A stretch of DNA of 64,000 nucleotides from Thainema sp. (GCA_052168235.1 JBQLZK010000008.1:64001-128000), one strand, 5' to 3'. Shown: positions 50,701-61,768, numbered from the stretch's first letter. The notes: generated from the sequence alone by a model not told the origin. Made by a program: numbers and translations.

Positions 50701-51645
50701 GCAAATAATCAGATCGGGCAGAGCCCTGATTAAATCGCGATGCCTGCGCTCGCTGTCCTGTACCGCTGCTTCGCTGCGTTTTCGCTGATCCAGATCAAGC
50801 AGCACCCCAAGAACGTGCTCTAGCTCACCCATTGCGGAATATTGGCCTTGGCCTTTGAAATATCGCCAAACCCAGCGTTCATCCAAAAGCTGATATCGAT
50901 ATTCCGCTTCAAATGCGGTTCGCTGCGCTAATCCCTGTTCAATCGTTTGCAGCACGGCCTCCCGATCGGCGGGATGAATGCGATCGCACCATACTTCAAA
51001 CATGTCATCTAGGCCAGATGGCAGCTCTAGCAGTGTTTCCATCCCCCCGTACCAAATATATTGACCTGTGTCAGGCCACCAGCACCAAGCTCCAATACCC
51101 GCAAATTCTAGGCTCAGCAGCAGTTGCGTTTCTGTCTGGTGTAAGGCTCGTTCTGCTTGACTCAGGGCAGCTTCTGTTTGCTTGCAATTGCACCGATCTT
51201 CGACCCGACTCGTTTCATCTGACCTATTCTCTACAGCCGTACGCTGCTGTAACTGCCGCTGCTGCCAAAGGAGCTGTATCGTATGCCGTAGGCGCAGTGG
51301 ATTGAGTTGAGACTTGACTAAGTAATCCTGCACGCCAGCCTGTAGAGCTATCGAGGCTAATTCCTCATCCTCATCATTGAGGAGCAATAGAAAACTGGGT
51401 GGCATATCTGGCCAGACGGTTTGCAGCTGTACCCAGTGGGTTTCATAAACAGGTTGAGCCAAGAACACAATCTGGGGCTGTGGAGGATCGGCGATTGATC
51501 TTGCCGTCTCGCCAAGAATTGCAGTCCAATCAAGGTCTAAAACGGTCGGCTGCCAAGTTGGGTCTACGGTCAATAACTGTCGGCAACGCGCTTGTTCTGC
51601 TGGTGAATCGAGCAACAACACAATGGTTGGATCAACATTCGTCAT
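44794..51645 (-). CDS. Multi-PAS hybrid sensor histidine kinase/response regulator
   Basis: Degenerate N-terminal receiver, 12 PAS/PAC modules, FLANMSHELRTPLN, GTGLGL, C-terminal receiver FMDIRMP. Confidence 0.95.
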   Translation of the reverse strand: MTNVDPTIVLLLDSPAEQARCRQLLTVDPTWQPTVLDLDWTAILGETARSIADPPQPQIVFLAQPVYETHWVQLQTVWPDMPPSFLLLLNDEDEELASIALQAGVQDYLVKSQLNPLRLRHTIQLLWQQRQLQQRTAVENRSDETSRVEDRCNCKQTEAALSQAERALHQTETQLLLSLEFAGIGAWCWWPDTGQYIWYGGMETLLELPSGLDDMFEVWCDRIHPADREAVLQTIEQGLAQRTAFEAEYRYQLLDERWVWRYFKGQGQYSAMGELEHVLGVLLDLDQRKRSEAAVQDSERRHRDLIRALPDLIICMNREGMYLDLFTASNMTVVGGTALIGLNIYDQGLPTHLADLRLHHIQQALATGELQIYEQEFFNGEFNATEEVRISPTSQDEVLVIVRDITERKQAEAALQMSEQRLQMLIDALPFGVWMRDAQDRLVLQNTVNIERFGNHLGAVPADVPNLPNYAPVYFESKRRCQLGEYLHFEEWETVAGQDRYFHRIVGPFPDLNGTVGMFGVYIDITDRKQAELALRDSERRYATLTEISPVGIFRFDASGQCVYVNSRWCELTGRALAEVSGDAWVEILHPEDRDRLLTAWAEAMAQQTSFRNEGRHLRPDGTVLWFDVQMVPEFDDDGKLLGYVGTVSDISDRKQAELTLQEKEARFQQLAETVREGFFVFETAMRQYSYTNPACEVITGSTFDAADAWNGWIDNVYAEDRDRVAAAVQRELEGEVFDEEYRFMRGDGELRWLRSQAFPLTDETGIITRIVGTLEDISDRKFAEAQLQEVTKRLTLATNAAEIGIWDLDLTQDHLLWDDRMYEIYGLKPSRAIHSTQFWEQRLHPHDAAAAQASLQATIAGTQEFHIEFRILWPDGQIRFIEAHAITLRDADGKALRMTGVNWDISDRKRAEIERQQAQAAVEQLNRNLEALIDERTAALRIREQELESLFSSAAVGMAQVEGQTHQFIKVNQRFCDLLGYSHTELAQLTFVDLTYAEDLERSQTAVEQLYQQEISDFSLEKRYVKKDGSLLWANTTVSLVWQADGTPAYGIVVIEDISARKQTEIALRESEVRLRATFEQAAVGIVQASVTGHLVQVNQKFCDILGYSEVELLDQTFADVTHPDDLAQDQAHIQRLLAGEASTFVMEKRYICKDGTAVWANLSVSLVRNWCGEPQYFIGIIQDIRDRKQAEQQLQSERLRLELALESAQMGSWEAMSSASGTWSERTEAIFGYGPREFPGDGNSFLQLVHVADQERILAALNHSFATQAPYSEEYRIHRRDGALRWVSANGKVVATEDGTGWRIVGVVVDITERKQAEEALRDSEERLRLALAAADQGLYDLDLQTGDAVVSPTYATMLGYDPATFQETNAKWLQRLHPDDHERVGQVYRSYVTGEIPEYKVEFRQRMANGHWKWVLSLGKIVAWDPQGNPLRMLGTHTDMDERKQAEEALRASEERFRQIAENINEVFWLTDLQHEFLYVSPTYERIWGVSTQHLNLRNWQASIHPDDRDRSLPFIDADANDYSEVEYRIIRPDGEIRWVRDRAFPIRDQSGQVYRIAGIAEDISDRKRLEEEQARLLAILEASSDYIGIASPEGQIIWMNRQLKQLRDLPADQPFDQIPIASCHPEWAWQIIINQGVPTAIRSGIWVGESALLRITGEEIPVSLLLIAHKSPTGQLQYLSAIMRDITVLKQAEENLRQINLELEQRVAERTIELVEAKEAAEAANRAKSVFLANMSHELRTPLNAILGFSQLMARDVQLPSKHLDNLQIINRSGEHLLALINDILEMSKIEAGRVTLNPTDFSLPLLLDSLTDLLKLKAKSKGLTFTVTYPSDLPPSIQADSRKLRQVLINLLGNAIKFTQTGYVALRVGFSIDTSGHGLNTPQATHPLTDNDELPDNQPDNQPDNQLNDGPNNREHPPLNPSAPITPNTIFSTSSSTLTLRFEVEDTGCGMAPAELDVLFAPFVQASNERYSAQEGTGLGLSISQQFARLMGGSIWVESQVGVGSTFIFEVPVRVGQTYADERLEPQRRVIAIAPDQPQYRILIAEDNLGNRILLQDLLTDLGFKVQTANNGQEAIERWRTWHPHLIFMDIRMPNLNGYEAAQQIRQQEQQWKQPEANATPSTYPLDQSTMQPITQRLNKPTKIIALTAGAFEDNQTEFQTVGCDAFLRKPIREAEIIQLLAEHLGVRYLYESQDAEQPSAKPTTFELTQAALEKLPHDWLLQLYNAITQLDRTQMFALVEALPSNQTDLAQALEQKIRNFDYEMLLNLIQDILNLNG

Positions 51646-51733
51646 GACAGGATGACCCTTGGAGGGTGAGGGTGAACGTGGTCGGTCGTCTTTTAGGGAT
51701 AATGCTATCGACGAATATAGTCTTTTTCCCTAT

Positions 51734-51826
51734 TAGTCTGTCAGCTTTGTTTTGATAGTTCCCAGGGTTGAGGAGTCGCGCAATACGCGATTCCTCAACC
51801 CTCAATCCAAACCTGACACAGCACCA
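51734..51826. repeat. MITE-like element with a 17-5-17 hairpin
   Basis: TGTCAG.TTTG...CAAACCTGACA shell; core AGGGTTGAGGAGTCGCG/CGCGATTCCTCAACCCT at 51764-51802. Confidence 0.6.
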
Positions 51827-51875
51827 GAAAACGCTTGACCAAGTTGGCCATCAGCTTTGCTCAGCACTTGAAAGT

Positions 51876-51950
51876 AAGGCGTGAGGCGTGAGGCGTGAAG
51901 GCTGTAAAGACTCAGCACCCAGAACCTAACACCCAGTATCCAAAACCTAT
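51876..51950. repeat. Heptamer STRR-like repeats
   Basis: (AGGCGTG)x3 and CACCCAG/AACCTAA/CACCCAG/TATCCAA; an inverse version lies at ~26386-26422. Confidence 0.6.
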
Positions 51951-51970
51951 ACCCACCCAAATCAACCGCT

Positions 51971-52909
51971 CTACGAAGACGTAAACAACACCAGCCACAG
52001 CGGAATCACGCCAATAATGGCAATACTACTCAACGCTACTCCACTGGCTACCAAGTCCCGATCTAAATCGTATTCTTCCGCCAAAATCAGACTGGCAAAC
52101 GCACTCGGCATCCCCGACATCAGCACCAGTGCCAACCGGGCATCCCCGCTAATCCCAAGTGCTGTCACCATCAGGCCAATCAGCAGCGGTGTCAGCAGCA
52201 CCCGCGTCAGCGTCGGAAAGATGGCTAATTTCACGCTTTTCCAGCCCTGAACCTGACTGAGTCGCATTCCCATCAGCACCAGAGCACAGGGAATAATGAC
52301 CCAAATTGAGCGATGTAACCCCACTTCAAGCGGTTCTGGGAGAAAGAGCGATCGCGTTGCCAAGCCCAAGGCAAATCCCCATAGTGACGGCACTGTCAGC
52401 ACATCTCGTAATGGCCGCCACCAGCCTGGTTGAGTATTCGCCCGACCATAACGGCTGGCACAAAACACACCCAATCCGTAAGTGCCAATGATGTTGTGAA
52501 CAATACTGTAAAACACAATCCAGCTCAGATACTGTTCGCCGACCAGGATAGGTGCGATCGCAAGTCCGACAAATCCGGTATTGCCCAGGATAGAACACAG
52601 CACCAAGCTACCCCGACTCGCTCGACCATCGGCTGTCAGCTTGCCCGACCAGCTCAAACCGCGCCAGTTGATTTCTGCCAAAATCAGTCCGATAAACAGG
52701 GCCACCACCACAAAACCGGGAGTTAAACCCACACTGCCGCTGAAATCAGCCCGCCGCGCCAAGCTGAACAACTCTAGCGGCACACCGACCCAATACAGCG
52801 CCCGACCCAGCAAGCGGGGAAAGGTCTGAGGCAGCAGGCGAAACAGCAGTAGCCCTAATCCTGGCCACAGGAGTAGCGGCATATAAGCCCGAAAAAGGGT
52901 TTCAGTCAT
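51971..52909 (-). CDS. AEC (auxin efflux carrier) family transporter
   Basis: GNTGFVGL, GMPSAFASLILAEEYDLD, multiple TM segments. Confidence 0.9.
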   Translation of the reverse strand: MTETLFRAYMPLLLWPGLGLLLFRLLPQTFPRLLGRALYWVGVPLELFSLARRADFSGSVGLTPGFVVVALFIGLILAEINWRGLSWSGKLTADGRASRGSLVLCSILGNTGFVGLAIAPILVGEQYLSWIVFYSIVHNIIGTYGLGVFCASRYGRANTQPGWWRPLRDVLTVPSLWGFALGLATRSLFLPEPLEVGLHRSIWVIIPCALVLMGMRLSQVQGWKSVKLAIFPTLTRVLLTPLLIGLMVTALGISGDARLALVLMSGMPSAFASLILAEEYDLDRDLVASGVALSSIAIIGVIPLWLVLFTSS

Positions 52910-53125
52910 CAATGTCGCTATCTCAAGAACGGCAATGAACTCAATTGGCTGGTAATTCTGCCCACCAGTCACTCTGCTTTGTATTTTCTTAAGAATTATG
53001 GCCTGTCGCAAGTTATGTGGAGCACGTTTTCATGGAAATCTAACTCCTGCCTCGCAAAAGATTGGGCGAAAAGCGCTACACGCCCTTCTCCCGATTCCTC
53101 TAGCAGTCTTTCGCTGACTTCAGCC

Positions 53126-55717
53126 TTAGTTAGCCACGTTCATCGCCTGCATTTTCCAAGCACCATCTTGACGCACAAGGTCATAGCGAACATCGAGCGT
53201 GCTGTCATAAGATTCATTGGGATCCATAGTGCCAGCCACGTAGAATTCGCCTTTCTCACGGACGCGAGCTCGAATTGAGATTTGCTCCACCTGGGCTAGA
53301 TCTTCCACTTGCTCCGCCCCTTCTCCGACAAGCTCAGCCTCTAGCACCTCATGCTCATAGGTATAGTACAAATTTTGGGCAGCAAACTGATTGGCTTGTT
53401 CTTGCCGTCGAGATAGCTCAGGCTCGGTCAAGATAGTTGCAAGCTGATCAACTTCGTGATTAGGACCAAATGCTGCCTGTTTGGCGGTCAACCACTGTTG
53501 AACTAGCTCTTGAGCCGTAGGCTCCGCTGGAGTAGGTGTCGTTTCAGTTGTTTCTGCATCAGGACTGTCAGTGACGGGTTCGATTTCGGCAACCGGAGGT
53601 TGGTCTTCTACTAACTCAGGATTGCTGCCTCCCAAGAAGCTAAAGGCGCGGCTGATCAGAAAGCCGAGCGCAGTAATACTAACCAGCAGTACAAAGATCA
53701 CCAAAAACAGTCGATCCAGCCGTAACGTTGCTGATGAGCTGCGGCTAGGTGCTGGACGAGTTGAGCGGTTGGCGCGATTTCCTGTCGGTTGACGATTAAT
53801 CGGCTGATCTCGGCGGGCGGGTATGGGCGGAGGTGGCACAGACGAAGTGGCGGTATTGGTAGACGATTGTCCCAATCGACCTGGGCTCAGACTACCGTCA
53901 GGTGATAGTTTCGACACTGACTCTGCCATTGATGCGTTGCGGTTGCGCAATGCGCTGCCATTTTCAGCCAAGCCGTTACGACTGATGGGAGAAGAAGCTT
54001 GCGGCCAGGTGGAATCTAAATCCGCGCCGCCTTCATCTGCTGGATCGCGATCCGGCACGCGATCCGGCGATAAGGGAGATCGGCTCGGCGTAGATGCTCC
54101 GTATCCTCGATTCGTCGGTGGATGCGCCGGATACGCTTCATGCTCAGATCGCAGATTGTGGCCTGCCGCTGAATAATCATCAGCCGGATAATCCGGAGGA
54201 TAGTAGTCGTTCCCATTAGAGCCACTGTTGGGCAATGGCGAAGGGGTTGCCGGAGGTGCGATCGCAGTTCCAGTTCCAGGACTCGATACAATCGGTTGCG
54301 CCAAGCGATCGCGCGGACTTAGATTGCGGGTGCGCCAGTCGCGAATATCTTCTGAGAGAAACGAGGGCGAATCAGATGGGTAGCCTCCAGAACTGGGTGC
54401 GCCAGCTCGCATCGATACAGGATTCCCCATCGGTGCCGTTTCACGCGGCAGTTCCTCTAGATAAGCCTGCACCTGCTCATTGGCAAAATAATCTTTCAGC
54501 GACGCCGTTTGAGTTGCTAAATCCCGGAAGTGCGGAAAAACTTCCTGCTGGAGCCAGCGTTCGGCGTATAAGCACAATCCAGGCAGCAAATCCGGCGCGT
54601 CCTGAGAATGCTCCCGAATAAAGGCCAGCGGCTCGTACTCCTGACTCAGCTCCAGGGCGCGGCTGGCTTCTTCGGTTTGACCCAGCAGCAGCGCACAAAC
54701 GGCCTGCTCTAGATGTACATCCTGCCGATCGCTCAGTTGGATCAGCATTTGCTTGGCCCGCCGCACCAAGTAGGGCTGCTGCTGCGCAAATCCCCGCGCC
54801 AAGAGAGCATAAACGGCCAGATAAATCGCCACAGCAGATGGCCGACGTGCCTCGGCCTCAAACAGCGTTTGCTGCTCGGTCACGGTCAAATAGCCCCGTA
54901 GCTGCTGAATAAACCGCAGAAAGTCGTCAATGCCAAGCCCCGACTGGTCGTTGCCATTGCCATCAATCCCCTGCCGCTCCTGCAACATCTGCTGCAACAG
55001 CTTCAAGCCCCGCTGCCGCTCGTTGAGATAGGTTTCCGGCAGCGCCAGCAGTTCCAAAATCCGATAGGGACGCAGCTTATACAGATCAGCCACGATTTCC
55101 TGGCGCAAATTCTCGAACAGGCCCTCCCGCTGAAGCAAATCCTGGCCCGTATCAAGCGATTCTGCCGCGCCTTCATACAGCCCCTGCTGCCACTGTTCTC
55201 GACCGAGTTCCAAACAGGCCAACGCCACCGTCAGGACGATATCCGCTAAAGCGGTAGTCGGGTCGCCAAACTGCCCGGAGCGCAAATCAATGTTGCCGCT
55301 GCTTAGATAGGGCCGTCCCAGCTTGATCACCAACTCATATTCGCCCAGTTCCTGCAAAATCAGCAGGGCACCCACGAGCTGATTCTCGGCAATTTCAATC
55401 GAGGTGTAGGCATCTGTAGCCCCACCGTTGCTGTCTGCCGCACCCGTGATCACCTCTTCCGGTTCATCATCCGGTTCTTCTAAGGCAATGTCATAGGACT
55501 TGGCTAAAAATCGCGCATCGTACGCCTGCCGCTCCTCTGGATTCGACAAAACCTCATAGGCTTCGTCTACCAATGATTTACGCGCTGCGATCGCAGCCTC
55601 GGAATACTCGCGCCGGGGCAATTGCAGCGTGCGATCGCGATACGCCTGCTGTAACTGTTCAGCAGCCGCCTGAATCGGCAAGCCCAGAATTCGGTAATAG
55701 TCCAACGGAATTCGCAC
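53126..55717 (-). CDS. ftn2: Cell division protein Ftn2/ZipN (ARC6 homologue)
   Basis: MRIPLDYYRILG J-like domain, DLYKLRPYRILELL, DLLPGLCLYAERWL, TM, C-terminal IMS domain WL.AK..AFGP. Confidence 0.93.
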   Translation of the reverse strand: MRIPLDYYRILGLPIQAAAEQLQQAYRDRTLQLPRREYSEAAIAARKSLVDEAYEVLSNPEERQAYDARFLAKSYDIALEEPDDEPEEVITGAADSNGGATDAYTSIEIAENQLVGALLILQELGEYELVIKLGRPYLSSGNIDLRSGQFGDPTTALADIVLTVALACLELGREQWQQGLYEGAAESLDTGQDLLQREGLFENLRQEIVADLYKLRPYRILELLALPETYLNERQRGLKLLQQMLQERQGIDGNGNDQSGLGIDDFLRFIQQLRGYLTVTEQQTLFEAEARRPSAVAIYLAVYALLARGFAQQQPYLVRRAKQMLIQLSDRQDVHLEQAVCALLLGQTEEASRALELSQEYEPLAFIREHSQDAPDLLPGLCLYAERWLQQEVFPHFRDLATQTASLKDYFANEQVQAYLEELPRETAPMGNPVSMRAGAPSSGGYPSDSPSFLSEDIRDWRTRNLSPRDRLAQPIVSSPGTGTAIAPPATPSPLPNSGSNGNDYYPPDYPADDYSAAGHNLRSEHEAYPAHPPTNRGYGASTPSRSPLSPDRVPDRDPADEGGADLDSTWPQASSPISRNGLAENGSALRNRNASMAESVSKLSPDGSLSPGRLGQSSTNTATSSVPPPPIPARRDQPINRQPTGNRANRSTRPAPSRSSSATLRLDRLFLVIFVLLVSITALGFLISRAFSFLGGSNPELVEDQPPVAEIEPVTDSPDAETTETTPTPAEPTAQELVQQWLTAKQAAFGPNHEVDQLATILTEPELSRRQEQANQFAAQNLYYTYEHEVLEAELVGEGAEQVEDLAQVEQISIRARVREKGEFYVAGTMDPNESYDSTLDVRYDLVRQDGAWKMQAMNVAN

Positions 55718-56848
55718 AGTCTACGTCCCCAGCGACACACAACGACGAGAATGCAGATAGAATACACTGCTAACCATAAAGTGCCATCATCATAGATCGC
55801 GAAGCCTAAAATAATCGCTCAGCTTGCAATATCCTGCAACGAAGACATACAAAGTCTGATGTTCAAGCACCCTTTTCACCTAACCCATCAACACTTCTAG
55901 CCCTGTCTAAACCGACGAACCAAATTGTTAAGAAACATACTCCAAGATTCACTCGGGCAATATGGGTTAAGTTGATCACGTCTGAATCACGACCAGTGAG
56001 AGGCTCAATACTAAACCTATCCGGTTGAGTCATTTAAGCAAGTATAAAACGAGAATTCAAATCGGCTCAGTATTGTATGCAATCTATGTGATTAGCAAGC
56101 AACCAATACATGACCTGTAATTTGGAGCTAGTCAGAACGAGTCAAAGCTCAACTCAATCCTCGATGTCATCCTGACTAAATTGATTAGCTTAATTAACAT
56201 GAATCAGTACAAAAAAACTATTTTAGCTGTCAATTTGGGCTTGGAATTTACCTGTAGCACTTGTAGTCAACGCTCAGAATACGAGCGGTTCGCCTTAATT
56301 TTCAGGAACTAATTTTCAGGATTTTTTGTAGGAGCATGTACTGCAGACCAACGGCTTACGAATGTGGCTCAGAAACGTAGATCAGAAATAACCAACGAAA
56401 ATGACTAACGATCAAAATCAGCAGGCAGAAGCCGGAGCCATTTGGCTTCGTTTGCATCTTGTAGCAGGTTTTTGCCTATTTTGGGTCATATAATCAGTAT
56501 TTCTGAAGATTTTGGTCTTTTGGCTTTCTTGGCAGATTGTAATGGTTATAGCGTCAGGATGCGATCGCACCCTAACATCTCTATACCAATTGCTATCCAA
56601 AAAATTATGATTTTCCCTTATGCATCAGCGCTGGGGACTAGCTCAGGCGCAGCGTAGTAGCGTATGCTGGTTGACTGCGGAGTTAGAATTTGATGCGGGT
56701 GAGCCAGTTTAATGCTCATCTGCTTCATGCTGTCATGTACGCTTAGGGTTATATAGAAGACTTTTATCCCATGGAGTCTTCGATTTAATGTGAATAGCTC
56801 CAGGTAAATAGCTTTAGTTCAGGACGATTGCGAGGATACGGCGGATCA

Positions 56849-57874
56849 ATGGTTCAAGAACGAACACTTCCTACCTTTCAGGCCACATCATCAGAGGTTA
56901 GTCGCGAAGAAGGACTAGCCCTCTATGAAGACATGGTGCTCGGTCGCTTTTTCGAAGACAAGTGCGCCGAGATGTACTATCGCGGCAAGATGTTTGGCTT
57001 TGTCCATTTATATAACGGTCAAGAAGCCGTTTCCACTGGAGTCATCAAAGCCATGCGGCCCGATGACTATGTCTGCAGCACCTATCGGGATCACGTTCAT
57101 GCCCTCAGCGTTGGCGTACCCGCGCGCAACGTGATGGCCGAGCTATTTGGCAAAGAAACTGGCTGTAGCAAAGGTCGGGGTGGTTCGATGCACCTCTTCT
57201 CCTCCGAACACCACCTGCTGGGCGGTTTCGCCTTCATCGGTGAGGGGATTCCCGTTGCCCTCGGTGCCGCATTCCAGAGCCGCTATCGTCGCGATGCCCT
57301 CGGTGAAGATGCCGATCAGGTGACGGCCTGCTTCTTTGGCGATGGCACCACCAACAACGGTCAGTTTTTTGAATGCCTCAATATGGCAGCACTTTGGAAG
57401 CTGCCCATTTTATTTGTTGTGGAAAATAACAAGTGGGCAATCGGCATGGCCCATGAGCGCGCCACCTCTCAGCCTGAAATTTATAAAAAAGCCAGCGTCT
57501 TTGGTATGCCTGGCCATGAAGTAGACGGCATGGATCTCCTAGCTGTACGCTCCGTGGCCAAAGAAGCCGTGGCCCGTGCCCGTGCCGGCGAAGGCCCTAC
57601 TTTGATCGAATGCCTCACCTATCGTTTCCGGGGACATTCTCTAGCCGATCCAGACGAGTTGCGATCGAAAGCTGAAAAAGAGTACTGGATGTCTCGCGAT
57701 CCGCTGAAAAAGTTTGCTGCTTATCTAACCGAACACAATCTAGTGCAGCCTGAAGAACTGAAAGAAATTGAACGCAGGATTCAGGGTGTGGTTGAGGATG
57801 CGGTGCAGTTTGCGCAATCCAGTCCTGAACCCGATCCGAATGAACTCTACCGCTATGTTTTCGCAGAAAACTAG
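56849..57874 (+). CDS. pdhA: Pyruvate dehydrogenase E1 alpha
   Basis: [40 protein letters not shown]. Confidence 0.97.
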   Translation: MVQERTLPTFQATSSEVSREEGLALYEDMVLGRFFEDKCAEMYYRGKMFGFVHLYNGQEAVSTGVIKAMRPDDYVCSTYRDHVHALSVGVPARNVMAELFGKETGCSKGRGGSMHLFSSEHHLLGGFAFIGEGIPVALGAAFQSRYRRDALGEDADQVTACFFGDGTTNNGQFFECLNMAALWKLPILFVVENNKWAIGMAHERATSQPEIYKKASVFGMPGHEVDGMDLLAVRSVAKEAVARARAGEGPTLIECLTYRFRGHSLADPDELRSKAEKEYWMSRDPLKKFAAYLTEHNLVQPEELKEIERRIQGVVEDAVQFAQSSPEPDPNELYRYVFAEN

Positions 57875-58004
57875 GTTTGGCCATAAAGCGCCCTAACAAG
57901 CGCCTTTAATGTTTGCGTGATGTTTGCGTAACTGAATTAATCTAAGCCTGCTGGCTGACCACGGTTGACTAAAACACTGAACGATCTAGAGAAGCAAATT
58001 AGAG

Positions 58005-58988
58005 ATGGCAGAAACTCTTTTATTTAACGCCCTTCGAGACGCAATCGATGAAGAGATGGAGCGCGATCGCACCGTTTTTGTCTTAGGCGAAGATGTCGGT
58101 CATTATGGTGGCTCCTACAAAGTAACGAAGGGTTTATACGAAAAATACGGTGAACTGCGGGTACTCGATACCCCGATCGCCGAAAATAGCTTTACCGGGA
58201 TGGCTGTTGGTGCTGCAATGACGGGTTTGCGCCCGATCATTGAAGGCATGAACATGGGATTTCTGCTGCTGGCCTTCAACCAAATCGCCAATAATGCGGG
58301 TATGCTGCGCTACACATCGGGCGGCAACTACAAAATCCCGATGGTAATTCGGGGGCCAGGTGGCGTGGGTCGCCAGCTCGGTGCTGAACACTCCCAACGC
58401 TTGGAATCTTATTTCCAGGCGGTTCCTGGCCTCAAGATCGTGGCTTGCTCGACGCCCTACAACGCTAAAGGACTGATGAAGGCGGCGATCCGCGATGACA
58501 ATCCCGTTCTGTTTTTTGAGCACGTCCTGCTCTACAACCTAAAAGAGAATTTGCCGGACGAAGACTATGTTCTGCCGCTTGACAAAGCGGAAATGGTGCG
58601 TCGCGGCAAGGATGTGACGATCCTGACTTACTCTAGAATGCGCCATCACGTCATGCAGGCAGTCAAAACGCTGACCAAGGAGGGCTTTGACCCCGAAGTC
58701 ATCGATTTGATTTCGCTCAAGCCGCTCGATTTTGACACGATTGGCGAATCAATTCGCAAAACCCACCGCGTCATCATCGTCGAAGAGGGCATGCGGACAG
58801 GCAGTATCGGTGCAGAACTGACGGCTTCGATTAACGATCGCTTCTTTGATGAGTTGGATGCGCCTGTTCTCCGATTGGCGTCCCAGGACATTCCCACGCC
58901 TTATAACGGCACGCTGGAGTCGCTCACCATTGTTCAGCCCGCCCAAATTGTCGAAGCGGTACAAAAAATGTTGGCGCTTCAGGTTTAG
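58005..58988 (+). CDS. pdhB: Pyruvate dehydrogenase E1 beta
   Basis: [29 protein letters not shown]. Confidence 0.97.
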   Translation: MAETLLFNALRDAIDEEMERDRTVFVLGEDVGHYGGSYKVTKGLYEKYGELRVLDTPIAENSFTGMAVGAAMTGLRPIIEGMNMGFLLLAFNQIANNAGMLRYTSGGNYKIPMVIRGPGGVGRQLGAEHSQRLESYFQAVPGLKIVACSTPYNAKGLMKAAIRDDNPVLFFEHVLLYNLKENLPDEDYVLPLDKAEMVRRGKDVTILTYSRMRHHVMQAVKTLTKEGFDPEVIDLISLKPLDFDTIGESIRKTHRVIIVEEGMRTGSIGAELTASINDRFFDELDAPVLRLASQDIPTPYNGTLESLTIVQPAQIVEAVQKMLALQV

Positions 58989-59033
58989 TGGGCGTCGTTT
59001 CTCCAACTCTGCCGTACTGGTTTATGGATTTGG

Positions 59034-59080
59034 AAAAGAGGCATTTTGTTGCCGTATCGCGGCAACAAAATGCCTCTTTT
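59034..59080. terminator. Perfect 21-5-21 hairpin with A/T flanks after pdhB
   Basis: AAAAGAGGCATTTTGTTGCCG-TATCG-CGGCAACAAAATGCCTCTTTT. Confidence 0.7.
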
Positions 59081-59097
59081 TGTTCTTGTAGACGATA

Positions 59098-59192
59098 TAT
59101 AGCTGTAGTCAGCTGTGTTAGGACATGGGCGTTTTTGTGGTGCGGCTCCGCCGCACCACAAAAATGTCGGAACCGACATGGCTATTGCCATA
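59098..59192. repeat. MITE-like element (TATAGC...GCCATA) with a 15-3-15 hairpin
   Basis: TTTTTGTGGTGCGGC-TCC-GCCGCACCACAAAAA at 59132-59164. Confidence 0.65.
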
Positions 59193-59347
59193 AGTGTCTC
59201 GATAGTTTTCTTTGCAGATTCCGCCTCAGTTTTAAGGATTTCGGATAAAGTGGGATCTGCAAGGGATGGCTAAGAAGCATTGGGTGGGAATTGCCCTAGC
59301 GTCTGAAATACGCCACAACTGCCTGACAGAGAGGAATTCGATTCGTC

Positions 59348-60775
59348 ATGGGAAAAAACCGTTCTATCCTATTTGCCATTCTGATTGTGACCATTGCGGC
59401 ACTGTTCTTCATTTTGCGCCCAGTGGCACAGGGTGAATCGCCCGTGCGGCTGGGGCTGGACTTGCAGGGTGGCTCCCAGCTAACGCTCCAGGCTCAAACC
59501 ACTGAGACAACCAGTGAAATTAGCGATCGCGATATGGAAGCGCTGCGCCGAGTTGTGGAAGAGCGGATTAACGGCCTTGGAGTTTCTGAATCCGTCGTGC
59601 AGATTGTGGGCGAAGATCAGCTCCTAGTTCAGCTTCCAGGCGTCAGCGATCCCCAGCAGGCTGAGCGGGTACTGGGTGGTACGGCCCAACTTGAATTTCG
59701 GCCTCAGCGCGCGGGTACCGAAGGTCAGCTTTTGGCTGAACGTCAAGCACTACTCGAAAAAGAATTAGAGCGCGATCGCACCTTGGCCGCAGGTAATGAA
59801 GAAGAGGCTAATGAGCTTCAGGAATCGATCGAATCCAGTCGCCAAGCAATCCTAGACTTGTATGAACCGATTGGACTGACAGGTGATGCGCTGACCGATG
59901 CTCTAGCGCGACCTTCTGGCAATGCTGGCGATAGCTGGGTGGTCGATATTGAGTTTAATGACAAAGGCGCAGAGCTATTTGCAGAAGCGACCAAGCAAGT
60001 GGCCGGAACAGGACGCGGCGTCGGCATCTTCCTCGATAATCAGCTGATTAGTTCTCCCACTGTTGATGTGCAGAATGCCGCTACGGGCATCACGGGTGGA
60101 CGAGCCACCATTTTCGGCAATTTTGGTATTGAATCAGCTCGCGACTTAGAAGTGCAGTTGCGGGGTGGTGCGCTGCCGTTCCCGGTAGAGGTAGTAGAAA
60201 ACCGAACGGTAGGTGCAACGCTAGGTCAGGATAGTGTTCGTCAGAGCCTTTATGCGGCTTTGGGCGGTCTAGTACTCGTACTGATCTTCATGGCCGTGTA
60301 CTATCGCCTACCGGGCATCTTGGCCGATATTGCCCTGATTGTTTACTCAATTTTGACCTTCACGGCGTTCTCGCTGCTGGGTGTAACGTTAACTCTGCCG
60401 GGAATTGCCGGATTCATCCTCAGTATTGGTATGGCGGTGGATGCCAACGTGCTGATTTTTGAACGGACAAAAGAAGAACTGCGGGCTGGAAAATCCCTCT
60501 ATCGCTCAGTAGAATCCGGCTTTTATCGGGCATTTTCTAGCATTCTAGACAGTAATGTCACTACGCTGATTGCCTGTGCAGCTCTATTTTGGCTGGGAAC
60601 AGGACTGGTCAAAGGCTTTGCGCTCACTCTCGCAGTTGGCGTGCTCATCAGCATGTTTACAGCGCTGACTTGTACCCGAACTTTGATGTTCTTCACAATT
60701 AGCTATCCTCAGTTTCGCAAACCAGAACTGTACTGCCCAAATTTGAATTTGTCTACTGACTCTCAGACGGTGTGA
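59348..60775 (+). CDS. secD: Protein translocase subunit SecD
   Basis: [41 protein letters not shown]. Confidence 0.97.
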   Translation: MGKNRSILFAILIVTIAALFFILRPVAQGESPVRLGLDLQGGSQLTLQAQTTETTSEISDRDMEALRRVVEERINGLGVSESVVQIVGEDQLLVQLPGVSDPQQAERVLGGTAQLEFRPQRAGTEGQLLAERQALLEKELERDRTLAAGNEEEANELQESIESSRQAILDLYEPIGLTGDALTDALARPSGNAGDSWVVDIEFNDKGAELFAEATKQVAGTGRGVGIFLDNQLISSPTVDVQNAATGITGGRATIFGNFGIESARDLEVQLRGGALPFPVEVVENRTVGATLGQDSVRQSLYAALGGLVLVLIFMAVYYRLPGILADIALIVYSILTFTAFSLLGVTLTLPGIAGFILSIGMAVDANVLIFERTKEELRAGKSLYRSVESGFYRAFSSILDSNVTTLIACAALFWLGTGLVKGFALTLAVGVLISMFTALTCTRTLMFFTISYPQFRKPELYCPNLNLSTDSQTV

Positions 60776-60780
60776 TTGGT

Positions 60781-61752
60781 ATGAAATTTAGCGTTACCCG
60801 ACAGCGATCAAAATGGTGGGCTCTCTCAGCCGGAGTGATTTTGGCTGGCATCGTTGCCATGATCGTTTCGTTCCAACAGTTTGGCGCACCGCTGCGATTA
60901 GGCCTCGACTTTGTGGGTGGTACTCGACTACAGCTAGAGCGGGACTGCACGGTTGCGGCTAACTGTGCAGAACCATTAACCTCGTCAGCGGTACGGGATG
61001 TGCTGGAGGCGCAAGGGCTGGAAAATAGCAGCATTCAAATTATCGGTGACAACCAGCAGGGCGTTTCGATTCGGACAAATACGCTAGATGTCGATCAGCG
61101 ATCGCAACTGCAAGCTGCGCTCACGGAAGCATTTGGCGAATTTGATCCGGATACTATCCAGATTGACACCGTCGGCCCCATCATTGGCCAGCAAATTCTC
61201 TCGGCTGGCTTAATTGCCCTGCTGGTCTCCTTTGCAGGCATTACCGTTTATCTGAGTATTCGCTTTCAGCTTGATTACGCCATCTTGGCTCTGGTAGCCC
61301 TTGTGCATGACGTACTGGTGACGACGGGCGTCTTTGCTCTAATGGGACTGGTGTTCGGCACGGAAGTAGACAGCCTGTTCCTGGTTGCCCTGCTCACCAT
61401 CGTCGGCTTCTCTGTTAACGATACGGTGGTGATCTACGATCGCGTCCGCGAGGTGATTAAGCTTCGTCCCGGCGAACATATTCACTCGATTGTAGATGCA
61501 TCCGTCAATCAAACCCTGACCCGCTCCATCAATACTACGCTCACCACCTTATTGAGTCTGGTAGCCATCCTGTTGTTTGGTGGGAACACGCTGAAAGACT
61601 TCTCACTAGCGCTAATTATCGGCTTTATTTCGGGTGCCTATTCCAGTATTTTCGTTGCTAGCACGATGCTGGGCTGGTGGCGAGTCCGTACGGGACGAGC
61701 CATTGTTGAGGCTCCTGTTCCGACAGAACCCACTGCTGATGAGCGTGTCTAA
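60781..61752 (+). CDS. secF: Protein translocase subunit SecF
   Basis: [38 protein letters not shown]; alternative GTG start at 60772. Confidence 0.97.
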   Translation: MKFSVTRQRSKWWALSAGVILAGIVAMIVSFQQFGAPLRLGLDFVGGTRLQLERDCTVAANCAEPLTSSAVRDVLEAQGLENSSIQIIGDNQQGVSIRTNTLDVDQRSQLQAALTEAFGEFDPDTIQIDTVGPIIGQQILSAGLIALLVSFAGITVYLSIRFQLDYAILALVALVHDVLVTTGVFALMGLVFGTEVDSLFLVALLTIVGFSVNDTVVIYDRVREVIKLRPGEHIHSIVDASVNQTLTRSINTTLTTLLSLVAILLFGGNTLKDFSLALIIGFISGAYSSIFVASTMLGWWRVRTGRAIVEAPVPTEPTADERV

Positions 61753-61768
61753 GCGGGTTTAACGACCT

